Positions 1 to 14,150 of a stretch of 64,000 bases of DNA are shown here, piece by piece. Made by a program: the position numbers and the translations under genes. The stretch's first letter is position 1, and each line of letters begins with the position of its first letter. The notes under the pieces are model-generated. The model did not search any database. It was not told the DNA's origin and saw nothing but the letters and a program-made list of their open reading frames with translations. The stretch is from contig OZ234493.1 in NCBI GenBank assembly GCA_965153455.1, positions 36,756,213 through 36,820,212 on the forward strand, read 5' to 3'. The stretch comes from Sphagnum compactum (taxonomy: Eukaryota).

Positions 1-1699
1 CAATTTGATAACTATCATATCATAAATGAATTGTTTTTAGGGTGATGACCATAATTATGTGGTAAATTAAAATTTTGGCAAAGAATCATTTTCAAATGGA
101 ATATGCTAAAAAATGTGAGGTGGTTTTCTATTTCAAACATTTTTTGGTTGATTAATTCAAACCAAAAACTAATGCATGACCTAAAATAAGAAATGGGTTA
201 TATTATATTATATACACCATAAATATATTGATTATGAATTTAATTCTTTCAATTTATTTCACTTTTTCAAATAATATTAGATGGCATTAACTTTGTGAAA
301 ATTGAAATATAAAGCCCAAACACCAAAATTGAAACCCAAAATTCATTATGAAAAAATAGGTTTCTACAACTAAGCTTCCAATTGGGTTTTAGTTGCAATA
401 AACCCTAAACCCTAAACCATGTGCTCACCCAAAAAGGGTAGATGAAAGTTCATTTTTATGGTCCAAATCTAGTGATTTTTCAAGAAAAAACATTTAAATG
501 ATGTTGAAGTTCACACATTTTTCCATTTCCAAGTTCATACCACCATAATTTAAATTTTTTTTTAAACCTCTAAAAATATGGGCCTTGAAAAAATCAATTT
601 AGATATTGAAATGGACTTTACAAATTTGATATTTTAAATTTTAAATCTTAAAATTTTTGAGAGACTTTTTCTTGCTTGATTTTTTCATCTTAAATGTTAT
701 GGTATTTCAATGTGTGGTGGTAAACAATTATAAATTTAGTTTCCAACTCCATTAGAAAAAAATAATCCATAATGATAAAAACTTTTGAGATAGTTTGGAC
801 TGTGACATTAGATGTACCATCCTTTGTAAAGTCCACCTTGATTTGAACATTTATCCTTTTGGTAAAAAAAAAATTGGGTTTGAAAGATTAGAATGTGGTT
901 TCAAATTTTCATCTCACTTTTGCCAAATTTCTCAAATAGTTTTGAATACAATGCAACAATACTTGACTCAAAAAAAATTCTCACACTACTATCAAAGTGA
1001 GGTGTAATTTATTAGCTTAAATCACTATGGGACCTTAAAAGTGAAATAACTTCATTGCATTTTACTAATTTCACCTAGTGCAAGTTATTTCATTATAATA
1101 TCACTATGTAAACATCATGTTTCATTTCTAGTTAACATAATTCACTATTACAATTTACTATAGCAAATAGGTTTATTTCTATGTTTTTTAAAATATTCTA
1201 TCTATGTTACTTTATGATATACCCTATATTATTTTAAGCTACTTTAGTTATTTAAACGTATATTTTATGTTATTATAGGCTATTATAAATTATTTTACCC
1301 TAAATTATTATATGTTATTTTACTTTAAACTATCTTAACTAATTTATTATAAGCTTTTAAATTATTTAAAATTAAATTATTCAACTAATTTTAGGCTATA
1401 CCTTAGGTTATTTATTTTAAATTAATGTATGTTATTTCAAGTTATACTTTAAATTTTTCAAAGTCATTCTACTTAATGTTATTATAAATGATTCTATCCT
1501 AAGCATAATAATTTTAAAATAATCTAAAACAAAATATAATAACCTAAAGTAAAAATAACTTAAAATAGAAAATAATAACCTATGAAAAATAATTTTAAAT
1601 ACCCTACAATATAATAACTACCGATAGCCTATGATATTATAACATAGAATATCAAACAATAATTTATAAAACAATAATCACCAATAGTTGTAATATAAC

Positions 1700-2500
1700 A
1701 TATAATAACCAACAATAACTTACAATACAATAACCATTAATAATCATAATAAAATAGCTGTCAATAACCACCAATAAAATAACCACCAATAACCATTAAT
1801 AAAATAGCCACCAATAGCCATTAATAGATTAATCACGAATAACCATTAATAAAATAATCACAATAACCATTAATACATTAATCACGAATAACTGTTACTA
1901 GAATAGCCACCAATAGCCATTAATAGATTAATCACGAATAATCATTAATAAAATAATCACAATAACCATTAATACATTAATCACGAATAATTGTTACTAG
2001 AATAGCCACCAATAGCCATTAATAGAAGAACCACCAGTAGCCATTAATAAAATAACCACCAATAGCCATTAATAAAATAGCCACCAGTAGTCATTAATAG
2101 AATAATCACCAGTAGCCATTAATAGAATAACCACCAGTATCCATTAATAGATTAATCATAAATAGCCATTAATATATTAGCCACCAATAACCATTAATAG
2201 AGTAGGCACCAATATCCATCAATAAATTAATCACGAATAACCATTAATAATATAGCCACCAATAGCCATTAATAGAATAACCACCAATAGCCATTAATAC
2301 ATTAATCACAAATAGCTATTAATAGAATAACCACCAGTACCCATTAATAGAAGAATAGCCACCAGTAGCCATTAATAGAATAGCCATCAATAACTATTAA
2401 TAGAATAACCACTAATAAACATTAATAGTCACAAATAGAATAGGTACCAATAGCCATTAATAACCACCAATAACACTAATAAAAAAACAACCAATAACCA
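1700..2500. repeat. 25-bp minisatellite (CCACCAATAGCCATTAATAGAATAG) with a ~99-bp higher-order duplication
   Basis: 25-bp period visible at 2031, 2056, 2081, 2106 and onward. 1801-1900 is nearly repeated at 1901-2000. Confidence 0.9.
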
Positions 2501-2607
2501 TATATTATAATTATTTAGGATTGCTAATTTTCAAAGTTTATGTTTTTGTAATGTTCAAAATGAAGTATTTGATAAATAGAATGTAATGTAACATATTATC
2601 ACAACAA

Positions 2608-2680
2608 GTGGGGTGGTTTGATGGTAAAGGTGTTTGCCCCCATTCCAAAAGTCAAGGGATCAAATCTCATGGGTGGTGTT
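2608..2680 (+). other. tRNA-like (SINE-head-like) sequence inside the CACTA element
   Basis: A-box-like TGGTTTGATGGTAA and B-box-like GGGATCAAATC at tRNA-like spacing. No convincing cloverleaf. Confidence 0.3.
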
Positions 2681-3113
2681 GTGTGTGGTCAACATGGTAT
2701 GTTGACCGAATATTCTCCTATCAAATTCCTAGGGTAGGTGCCTAGGTTGATTACGTGGCCTACCTACCTACCTAGGCTAGGTTTTAACCCAGTGTAAATA
2801 GTGACACGTGTCAATAAATAATAGGCTTTAAAAATCATGAAATTATCAATAGTATTATATATTAAATAATTAAAATTTAATTAATTTCCATACTGGTTAG
2901 TTAATTAACTAGCAAGTTAATGGTTTGGTAAATTTGTATTTCATTTGAGAATAACCTTGTTTCACTAGTTACTAGTGAAACAAATCATTGTCCGTAGTAA
3001 CTAGTCCCTGTTCACTAGGGGGTTAAAGAATTTCACCTAGTGAAATCGTCCAAATTCACTCAAAAATATAGTGAAACCCATAGTGAATTAGGACGCATTT
3101 CCTAATAGTGTCA

Positions 3114-3951
3114 CTACGACTTCTAAAAAAGTCCACTGTAGTGTCGTGCAAAATAGTGGTATAATAGTTTGCAACTAAAATGTTTAGTCACAAATGACTT
3201 GCAACTAAAAAGTTTATCCCATATGTTTTGGCTTTCATTCTCATCTTGAAAAGTATATAAACAAGGTGTTTTGTCTTACATTTTCATATATTAAAACATG
3301 GGTATATGGGATGAGCCAATACAAAAGATTTAACCTAAAATAAAATATAAATATTCATGTATTTACACCTATTTACCTATTTCCCCAACTTACCTACTTG
3401 CTTTTCTACCTACCTACCTAAGTAGGTATTTCACCTAAGTAGGTAAATAGGTCCTATCTAAATAGGCGTTTAGCCTAGATGGGTAGGTAGGTATATAGGT
3501 AAGTAGCTAGTTCAACCTACATACCTAAATATTGATTTAAATTTAATTTGGACAAATTGAATAATTAATATACCATGTGGCAAAAAAATTATTGCACCAC
3601 ATGTCACAATCTAAACCATCCAAACATAAAAATTATACATCTTAGATTATTTCAAAATAATGATAAAATATTTTTAAATATTAAGAGTTGGGACACGTGG
3701 CAACACATAATTTGTTCCCGTTGTGCACCAAAAAAGTCGCATCCTAGTTGCAAGCAACAATACATATATAACCAATCAAAAGATGAAGGCATATTTCATT
3801 GATTTATTTTTCATCCAAAATTCATTGTCGTTTGCAATTAGTGTTAATGCAACTTGTCAAACACAACTATTAGGATTTTAGTTACAAATGTTGCTTGCAA
3901 CTAAAAATTAGTCATAGGGACCAATTCCAAAATGGCCATTTTCTACTAGTG
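3114..3951. mobile_element. 3' part of an older CACTA-like element that hosts the 984-3110 insertion
   Basis: Repeated TGCAACTAAAA subterminal motifs (the reverse complement also occurs near 390). Terminus TTTCTACTAGTG at 3951. Confidence 0.45.
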
Positions 3952-4792
3952 GGATTACCTTCCCTAATACTTCATCATTTCCTAATTCAACACCACAAGA
4001 TACTTGGGAATCTATCAACCGTTTTCCATTGCTAGAATCAAAGCACAACTTGATTCCATATTCTCCTCCTTTCTTTAATGTTACACATAACCTTTTTAAC
4101 AAAAGAATCATCTCATAACCAAAAACTCGCAACTATCTCCCCCTTCTTCTCAAGACCACACAAGGCCCATATCCTCCCCATGAAAATAAGTCCTTATCTT
4201 TCTTAGAAATCCACTAGATGATTGGTGGATTACCACCAACCATTCAACTAATTAACCCCATTAACTTCATCCTTTTGGTAAAAGATGATAAGTCTACTAG
4301 ATTAATAACCAACTAGTTACTAAAATGCCCCATGGTACTAATTAGCCTAGGGATTTCTACCCTTAACACCCACCGAACAATGGTGGACCAACACTAGCAA
4401 GTTGGTGGAGGATCTGATAAATAGGGATCAAACACAATTGGCAAAGGACATCTAAAGGGCAAAAAATGTTAGTCGTGAACCAAATGTAATGGTAATGCTT
4501 TAAATGATGTTATTAAAGTTTTTTATAGCAATTACTAAGTGCTCAAAGAAGTAACAAGGCAATGAATCTTATAATTAGAAATGAATATTGATTTTTAAGA
4601 TGTCAATGAGGATGTGGATCATCTTCAAGTGGCGCAAACCCTTTTCCAAGGCCACACCTTGGAGTGGTGGGCCAAGGAAAAGTGAAAGAGCTTAATTAAC
4701 TTGCAATCAATGAACCAGAAGTTCATTACTTCAAGATGATGGTGAAAGAAAGATTCTTTTTTAATAGCTTAACCTTGAAGGATGGGTTTGCC

Positions 4793-7700
4793 CACTAGAA
4801 AAAAACCCCAAAATGTAACAAATTGATTTGAGACTACACGCAACTAATTGTCATCTGCAACTAACCTTGGTTATTTTTGCAATTAAAAATCACATTAGAC
4901 ATCTTTTGGTCACATCTGCAACTATGTTGCAATACTAGTTTTTTTGTTATTCCAATGGACTTTTTTTGCATTATATTCATCCAAGAAGGCCCATGAAGGC
5001 CCATGTATGACCCATTTGTTGCAAAAGTGACCAAAAAATGGTACCTATTGGTTATGTATACATTAAGTTATGTATAATAGGCCTTATGTATACATTATTT
5101 ATTTTACATTCACAAGGTATATATTAGCATTATTTTCATGGTTTAATTGAGCTTGGTTGGAAATTTTATGTAATATATTAACCTCACATTAAGGTATATG
5201 TAAAGGTGGTAATACATCAATAATAAACAAATGTATATATGCATATCTTGAGATTATTAAAATTATAATATATAAAGGATATATTAAAGTCATATTGCAA
5301 GCTTATCCAAGGTTTATTATGCTTCTAAAAAATATTATTTTTGTGCAATTATTATTATCATTAAATATTGATTAATAAAATTAATATCACTTACAACAAA
5401 TGACATTATAAAATTAATATAAATATTATTATAGATAACATCATAAGGTTACCTTCTAGCTAAAATTATATTCCAATAATAATGATAACAATATTTATTA
5501 CTTGAATTATTACAACATAACAACTTATTTCAGTTATAGATTATAAAATTATAATTATTATTATTTTAATATTACATTTTATTATAATTATTAAAAAATT
5601 TAATATAGTTACTCTAATTACTTTAATTATATTAATTACAATAATTACATTAATTTTAATAATTATGTTAATTACATGAATTATTGTAATTTTAATAATT
5701 AATAATCATATGAATTACATTAATTACAATCATTATCTTCCACCAAAGTAATGAATCATGTAATCAAGAGCTTGTCTAGATCACGTTTGACCAAAGCTGC
5801 ATATTTAAGATTCATTCATATCGATTTTGCTGGGAAGGCGGTATCGTTGTATCCAGTTCAATCTGGTGTTGAGCAATGTGAGGAGGTATTCCTTTGAAAT
5901 CCTTGTAGGACCATGCGAAAACATCCTTGTATTCTTGGAGCAAAGATTCCTTTTCTGCAGCTATCAAAAGGTCCATATTAGCGTTGAACTTCACCAACTG
6001 TGGTTTGATAACAGTGCCTAGGTTCAAATCTCAAATTTAGACATCTTGTAGCATCCACCTGGCAATTTTCAAATCCTGCACCTTTAATGTGCGAGATTTC
6101 ATCTACCGGAATTTCCCCCAAGGTATGAAGGAAATCAAATTTTAGCTCCTCTGAACTGATTTCTGGAACAACATAAAACACAAGTGTGCTCAATTCTAGT
6201 AGAATAATTGTTCTAATGGTGAATAATTCTAATTATGCTTAGAGGAAAATTTCCTCTTCATATGTGATGCCATTGGCAAAGTCAAAACAGAAAAGAATTT
6301 CTAGTCACTTGGTATTAGCATCCAAGTGTTTTGTTACTAGAATTGTTCAAATCGTTCCATTTCCTTCTATGGTGATCAAGTTCTTCCCCAATCATGAATC
6401 ACCTTGGCATTCCTAAACCAAGGTTGGCCAAGGAGCATGGAATAACTGGCATCCAACACATTGTTCCACATAATGATGAAAGTTGCAATGTATGGAATTC
6501 CATATATATGTATTTTTAAGTCGCGGATGATTTCGACTGGCGTATTTTTAAATCAAACTTTGATCCACCATTCAGAGCATATAAGGGTAAGGTTTGGGGG
6601 AAGGCAACCCCAACCACTTCCTTAGATCCTCTGTGCTAATGTTGGCACCAAAACCTCCGTCTAGTAACACATCATCCACCAAATTTCTCCCTACATGTCT
6701 TTGGATAGTCACCATGTGAGGGTCGATGGTAACTAAAGCCAATGTTGGAATCGGTGGTAAAGGAGGAACTGATTTTTTTTTCCGAAAAGAGTTTTAAAAA
6801 AACATATTGTTTTAAGTTTGGTGCAAGCTGAAAGAGTTGTCTAAAGGTCAACATATGTTTGCTTTCGAGTAACTGATCTCCAATAGCCTATTGAACTAGA
6901 ATTAATTCCTCCGTGGCTTTTCATGGGTCAATTAATTTCCAAACCAAGATTAACTTGTATGGCATCCTTTGTCTCTTAGCGCTTGTTCATTCTTATGGGC
7001 AGTTCCTCAATGGTCTTCGTTGTTGGAAGTTGTAATGGGTGTTCCTCCTTCTATAGTTGTTCGATAACATCTTCAAATGATTTATGAAGTTGTTCTTTGT
7101 CTTGTCAGTTTGCACCAATCTTGTTTCGCTTTGTCTTTTTTTCCTTGAATGCATAAGCATTAGAAACTTGACTTGGGGTAGTTATGGCCAACACCATGTT
7201 GATTGTTACATTTTCCTTTTTCGGTTCGGAGTTTGCCTTTTTGTTTTTGAACATCTCCAAGGCTTCCTACCAGTGCGAGCAATCAAAAATCTTATGATCA
7301 GGACCTCCACAAATGAAACAAGACTACTAAGTGGTAATATTACCGATTTTGTTATTCCAATTTCCTTTATTTGGATTTCCAATTGTCTTCGATTGAACAT
7401 ACACTTCATTCACATGTACATCCTTTTTCTCCTTCAACCAGTTGTTGAAGTTTTTTGGGTTCAATGGCAATGTTTTTTGGTATGACCTAATTTTTTGCAT
7501 TGATCGCATATTAATTCACCCTTCGTGGAATCTCCGATTTTTTCTAGTTTTGGTGGAGGTTCTAGTAATTTCTAGTATCATTAGCATCACCCATGTTCTC
7601 TTCACATGTCACCGCAACTTCTTTGTGGAAAAACAATGTATCCCGTTTCATCCTTGTAGTGGCTATTTGCAAATAAGGTACCAATTTTGCTTAGAAGAAT

Positions 7701-10297
7701 GTCGTAAGCAAATTGTTCTCCACCTTATGATTTAAGTAGTTCGCTAGTTTTAGTATACGTTCATAATATACCTCCACTTTTTCATTCGTTGCTTGTTTGA
7801 TGACTCTCAAAGCCATATACACATGTTCGTCTATTTGTTTTTCGATAACACTTATAGAAAGTAATTTCCAATTTGATAAATGTGCATCATGGGTGAGATT
7901 GTATGAAATTTTCCCCCCATTCCAAAATTGCATCCATGATGGGCCTATCCAAGGTCCCCCTGCAAGTGTGGTCATTGTTAGAGTCGGTTGTTTTAGAGGT
8001 TCTCCTCCAACCCTCGTCAATCCAACGCCCATTCTCACCTTTTCCATATTAGATGATCGTTGCGGCCATCATTCGTGTTACCCGGTGGAATGACTAAATT
8101 TGTTGGGTTGTCTTTTGTTGGAAGGTCTAGAAGATCCGTCACTTGCATCTAGTGGGCCTCCGCCACCAGCTTCGACCATGATCGTTACAAGCATGGCCAC
8201 ATTATTGCCTGACCTCATATCTAGCCAACCCCATCTTGGTGGTACACTTGGCCTTCCCCCTTAATAAGGCTATCCCATCATGGGCTAGTAAGGTTGCATG
8301 GAAGCCAGTGCTGCAAAAAAGCCATAACCCTTTGGGGAAGGAAAAGGATTTTCTATGGGATTTAAAATCTTGGAAATTCACCCCTATCTCCTTCATTAAC
8401 CGAGTGTGAACCAAAATTTCTTGGTGCAATATTTGGGTAACTAATGACTATAGTTATGGGAGATTTCCCAGAGGAAATGCAGTTGGCAAACTTGGTTGAA
8501 CTTCAACTCAATTAGATCTATAGGGACATCTGGTTAACAAATGCCCAAACCCATGATAGAATGAACACACATGAAGGGAGATTTCCACATTGAAAACAAA
8601 AGTTACCGGATTTTCTGGGTGAAGTTTATTGTTGTTCGTGAAATTCATTTTCAACAAATGGCCACTACAATTATCTTCCAAGGTATCTCTTTCCTAAAGG
8701 TGCTTTAACTTTTTCAAGCGCTCTCAAATTTGATTCAAACTGGTCTTCAGAGTGGTTGAGTTATGTAACATTCTTTCATGGTACCAAAAAACTAGATTTT
8801 CGGTAGGATTTCAAATAGGTTCCCAAGAGACTCCTTGTTATAATGTAACAACATTAACCTCGAGAGAGGTTCCCCCATCAATTTCGATAATTGAACTATT
8901 CTAGTGTCCAATTCTGTTTTTTCCATTACAAATTCCAACGCATTGCTATTATGAAATGTATTGACAATGTTGTCATTCACTCTGGATAGATCCAATTTAG
9001 CAATCAATCAGCCAATTCTTCCACTTTCCTGCAAAACCTCATCCAACTTCTTTCGCATACCTCTCGTCATAACAATTGACATAATGCACCCAAACAAAAG
9101 ATGGCAAATAGTTTTTTATATTTCTTTTTTTATTATTATGTTAAAACAAAAACACTTAATGGAAAACAAATAATAAAAACACTTAATGAAAAATAAAAAA
9201 CAATAATCCTTGTGAAATCAAACCAAAAAAGTTAACGTTGAATAAAGTCAAATAACTTTATTCTTTTGCCAAACTTAAAATTACGGAAATAGATATTTTG
9301 GTTCTATATCCGTAGAATGGTTGCCAAATGTTAAGGCCACTCGGTAAATAACTAGTTTTATAAGTGGACTAGAAATTTAATAAATTTATGTTCAATAGGT
9401 GATCGTTAAAATCATAAAAATGTTGTTACTTATATCAAATAAATTTCCCGAGTAGTGTAGTTTTCGGTAGGGGACATACCCTATTGGATTTGAAGTGAAA
9501 GTAGACACATGTGACCACCTTAGATGTCAAAACTTAAAACCTAAAGTTCAAATGGCAGAAAAAGGATAACCATGAAAAAAACACACATTGAATGAACACA
9601 CTTGAGAACATAAAACCTTGTGGAAAAATACCACTCTGGCATCAACTTATTGATGGAAAATCATGATTATTGAAAGAAAAAACACTTATTATTTCAATAA
9701 GAAGGTAAAGTTTTGAACTTCCTCCACAATTAAGCTTGAAAAAACTTCGTATTGTTTTTCACTTGGCCAGAGAGAGCCCCAAAACTAAAAGTCCTCAATA
9801 TATACATTGCATACCTTGTAAAAAAAATCCTAACTACTAGCCCAATTGATCATTTCTAAATAAACATCTCCAAATCCGATTTCGGTTAAAAAATGTTTCT
9901 CACTTCAATAGAAATGTGAACATGTGACATGATCACATGTATGTACATGGACATTAGTTGCAACATAGTTGATGCGTTAGTGACACATTTACAATATTTC
10001 ATTGTTGTTTAAAATAGTTGTCACATGTAATTACAATGCAATTCTTTAAAAAATCAAACATGGTTGACTATGGATTTATGTATGGTATGTACAAATTATC
10101 ACATAAAAGACCCATTTTCAACTCACTTACAATTATAAAACAATCAACTAAATTTTTAATGTTGCAATTTATTTATTAATTCCTCATATTTCCAAGGGGA
10201 TAATTACATGGTAGTTGTACAATAGTTGTATATGAGTTGTTTTTTGAACTCTAGTTGCAAGGTAATGAGGTTTCAATGGACATAATTTCTCATAGTG
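4793..10297. mobile_element. Probable CACTA-like element carrying a nested gypsy remnant
   Basis: CACTAGAAAAAA at 4793 and TTTCTCATAGTG at 10297, with GCAACT/AGTTGC subterminal repeats at both ends. The flanking trinucleotides do not match. Confidence 0.35.
5790..9922 (-). mobile_element. Degenerate, 3'-truncated Ty3/gypsy element (non-chromovirus, Tat/Athila-like): 5' LTR, gag, protease and start of RT
   Basis: LTR TGTT...AACA at 9329-9922, followed on the minus strand by PBS-like TTTGGCAACCATTCTACGG. Gag EKVEVYYERILKLA, zinc knuckle CFICGGPDHKIFDC (~7270-7325), protease VLLDGG (~6660) and LLQEYKDVFAWSYKDFKGIP..HQIEL (5812-6027). Many stops and frameshifts. Confidence 0.8.
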
Positions 10298-12220
10298 GTA
10301 TTTCAATATCTACATCTGAAGTATTACCAAAAGAATACAAATTTGATGCGTTTTAAACTACATCATTAATCTTATTATTTACATACATAATTATGATCAT
10401 AATTCAACAAAATTCCTATTGTTCTTCATTATTCAAACAAAATGAATATACATTATTCATAAGCAAAATAAAAAGCAAAACCCAACATTAGTTTTCATGT
10501 CCAAGTTAGTCTTCTTCTTTCTCCTATATTTTCAAATTTTCATTTGTAGAAATAATCTTTCTTTCAAAAATCCTCCTCACAAACATCTTCATGGAAGAAA
10601 ATTAATTGAAATCTTCTTTCCAAAAACACAATTCAAACCTCTTTTTAGTTCTAATTAGTTTTTTACAAGTGAGAATGATCACAATCTCCAATTTTTGAAA
10701 AATAGTCGTTGTTGCCACCACACATAATGCCAATAAGACCAATACTTCAAAAGAATCTACACAATTGTTCAAGAGCATAGACCATGATCTTGTATAAGAT
10801 TTTATAAAGATTTTACATGATTGAAATTGTAACAACAATAAGTAAAAGTAGACAAATTACAAATGCAAAAACCATTTTAAGCTATAGAATAATAACGTGA
10901 AGTAGCAAATGGTAGCTTAAGAGTAACAAAGGAAATAAGAGTTGGAAAAAAAGGAACAACATATGAATAAGATACAAATGAATTTTTTCCATTAACATCA
11001 AAAGAAGGAGAACTTGGAATGCAAGTGGAAGCATTGGAGAAGATCAAAATGGAGAGGGATATGCTTCAACAACATTTGAACAAGGTTGATGGAAAGTATT
11101 GGGCATTTCAAAACAAATAAATCAAGTTGCAACACAATGTGCAACCCTAACCTAGGACAATAGCATATTGGAAACAACAATGCTAGATCAAGTAAAATAG
11201 ATTCAGCTTGATTAAAAAAATACTTTGAGATTATAATGCAGAAAAGAATGACGGTAAGCTCGATAGGGCAAGGATGTAGGCCACATATGGGAGATCAATG
11301 AAAACATTGTAGGTGGACACAACTAAATTATAGGTGGCCATGGAAAAAATGAAAATGTTGGAACCATATTATTCCATGCATTGATTGCAAGAGTATGACA
11401 AATAGTTGATGAACTATACCATATTATGGACAGAAAACATGTACTTGAGTTGTTAGCCACCAATATGGATATATGGTGGAATTTAATGTAAGATATTTTG
11501 GTTATTCATCTATAAAAAGTTTTGGCCAAATAATGTGTTGATGAAAAAATGTACAAAGGCAAACTTAGGACATACACAAAGGCATACCTAAAGATTGTGT
11601 CCAATACACTGGTAATGAATATGATATATAGGAATGAAAGTCTAGAACCATTAGAACAAGAAGCAAGTTCAAGTGGTACAACATAGGAGTTAGGACTTTT
11701 ATCACCAACAAAACCATGGACAATATGGGCAAGTGGTGATGGAATAACAAAGGTAGAACCTAAAAATTTGACTGAACCACAACAAACAACTATTCCACAT
11801 AATAAATGCCAATATAATAACAAATGTAGTAAACACAATAAAATTGTGGAACAAGTGACATTGGAATTTGAAAAATGTCACAACATTTGTTACAAAGTTC
11901 ACCACAATTGAGGTGGAGGATAGTGGATAGATGTAGTGTCTTCATCACAATTAGTAAACAAGTGTACAACCACAACAAAAGGCACAACTATTTGATCAAC
12001 AACCAATTGTTACAATATAGGAAACGTTGCATCATACACAATCTTCACATGACCAACAAATTATATATGAATCAAGCACCTGATAATCACAATAGATGTA
12101 GTTCCTAACATGCATCTTTTATGCTTTCTAATTAGGGATTTCAAAGATGGAATGCAAAGTACAAGGGGTGACTGTTAAGGACATAACATGAAATAACGTT
12201 TGGTAAGAAGGGGATCACAC

Positions 12221-12368
12221 CACTACAAAATGTGGGTGCAGTTCACTAGTCCCCATTCACTAGACCAGTGAATTCACTACTTCTTCACTGGTCTTCGTTC
12301 ACTACAACTAGTGAATTCACTCAAAATCCAGTATCACTTGGCGTACATGGACGCATTTTGTTGTAGTG
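12221..12368. mobile_element. Miniature CACTA derivative (~148 bp)
   Basis: CACTACAAAA...TTTTGTTGTAGTG termini with internal CACTA/TAGTG repeats. Its 3' end (AATTCACTCAAAA...GGACGCATTT) resembles the 3' end of the 984-3110 element. Confidence 0.6.
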
Positions 12369-12499
12369 GGATAACAGTACAGTTGGTACCAAAACATAGT
12401 TAATAAGTGGAACTTGAATTAAGAATTGGCACAAAAAATTGTATAGGACAATATGTTCTAAACACTTAAGCAAACCAAAACCCTAGCCCTAAAACATCC

Positions 12500-14150
12500 A
12501 TCACATATCAAGTAGGAAACCACTTTTCAAGTTCATCATTAACTTTGGCTATTTTTTCAAAACATTGTATTTGAATGTTATTAATGGTTTGTTATAAGAT
12601 AACATGAATCACATGCACATGAAGTGATGTCTGAAGACAACGAAAATGCATCATGATGGAATTGTCAACAATTTGGAAACTCAAGTTCTCCAAATTAGTT
12701 TTCACATCATTTGCTAATTCATGCACCACCATCTCTGATGTCCTATTTAGCAAGTTCCAATATTCATTGAACATATCATTGATGTAGACATTATGGGGGT
12801 CAATGTATTGGTAGTAAATATATACCTAGCACAACTTGATTTTAATGAGAAAATCACATACAAAGTAGTGTTGGGATTAGAAGAATATAATCAACTCATT
12901 CAACCCTTCAAGGATGGGCATGATACAAGAGAGCCTCACCATTACTTCAAAGTTGCAAAGTAATTCCAAATTATGGGTAAATTGGGTGATAATGTTGACA
13001 TCTAGATGCATATTCAAAACCATGGCACAATATTTAGATATAACTCTCTTAGCTAGGAACAACATTGAAATCCAACAAGTTTTGACATTCTTCAAAATCC
13101 ATTGACCCCATGTTTCCATGATGTTGGCTATTTACAACAAACTTTTAAATTTTCTTTGGACTATGAAAGAAATATGCATACAAGTTTTGCAACAATCCTC
13201 AAATTTTCCCACAATGCCCAACTTGGAAAGAATTTGGACCACCAAATTGGTGCAATGGTTCATACATGAATAATGCACATTGATCATGAATAGTGTGCAT
13301 TCTAATCTTTCAACTAGATTGTCACACTGGTTCTAATGTGTTGAGAAACACTCACCCCATTAGCTCCAAATGTGATCAATTTGGATGTAATTATATCTTG
13401 ATTCAGATCACCAAAAAACGCCATGGCATCCACAAAATGCACTTCAAATTATTGAAAGTGATCCCACCAACCATTTGTTGCAAAGATAACAATAATGGAG
13501 CCAATCTTCAACAATGTAGGCATGAAATATGGAAACTTGTGATTGTTGATTAGAGTTTGCCATTTCATCACAAGAACAGGAAATGAACCTAGCACTTTCA
13601 ACCAAAGATTTGGTTTTGTTGACAACCAATTCATGCATGCAAAATGCCATCACCCAAATGCTTATGTTTGATTAATAGTTTTTGGAAAATTCTTAGCATC
13701 AAGGAAATGTAACAATATGCTCATTATTTCATAATCCATCATTGTTTGTCTACCTTCAAATAACATGTGGAAACAAAGAGAAAATTGCACCAATTTCTTG
13801 TTCTTTCTCCAAAAGTAGCATGACATGTTTGCTTGAGAATTATATTGTTCCTAGCTACTACATACCATCTTTCATTCTTGGCATGGACAAAACATTTGTT
13901 CATGAGGTATTCACCAACATTGCAAACTCTTGGGATCATAATTAAAGCTTTCCTCCTCCTACCATGTTTTCAAAGGTTGTCCAATTTGGGGGCTAAAAAC
14001 TTTTCCTTGCCTTCTATTTTGGTATAGACCTTGCATCTTTGCCTTTTATTTTGATACAAACCTTGCATTTTACTTGATGCGCCTTCCCTTGTACATTCAC
14101 CACATACTCAACTTATGGAGGTTTTATGTTCCAAACATCCTAAAACACCT
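12500..14150 (-). mobile_element. Decayed hAT-type (ZNF862-like) transposase remnant
   Basis: Fragments ESARFISCSCDE and LELLCNFEVMVRLSCIMPILEGLNELI lie in several frames and resemble hAT/ZNF862 transposases. Confidence 0.55.

Larger units (their letters stand above)
984..3110. mobile_element. Non-autonomous CACTA (En/Spm) DNA transposon
   Basis: Starts CACTACTATCAAA at 984 and ends TTTCCTAATAGTG at 3110. Imperfect ~45-bp TIRs, CACTA/TAGTG-rich subterminal repeats, and a 3-bp TSD TCA at 981-983 and 3111-3113. Confidence 0.75.

Noticed and set aside
400-418. Telomere-type AAACCCT repeats (also near 14395 and 14866)
   Set aside because: Only 2-3 units within TE-derived DNA; not a telomere.
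1700-2500. Possible CRISPR-like array
   Set aside because: The 25-bp units are contiguous with no unique spacers, there are no cas genes, and the context is eukaryotic.
4450-4790. gag-like fragment (VAQTLFQGHTLEWWA)
   Set aside because: Plausible retroelement debris, but too short to delimit.
10900-12200. Possible decayed plus-strand LTR element (purine-rich AAGGGGTGAC before TGTTAAGG at ~12173)
   Set aside because: Too degenerate; no protein motif could be read with confidence.
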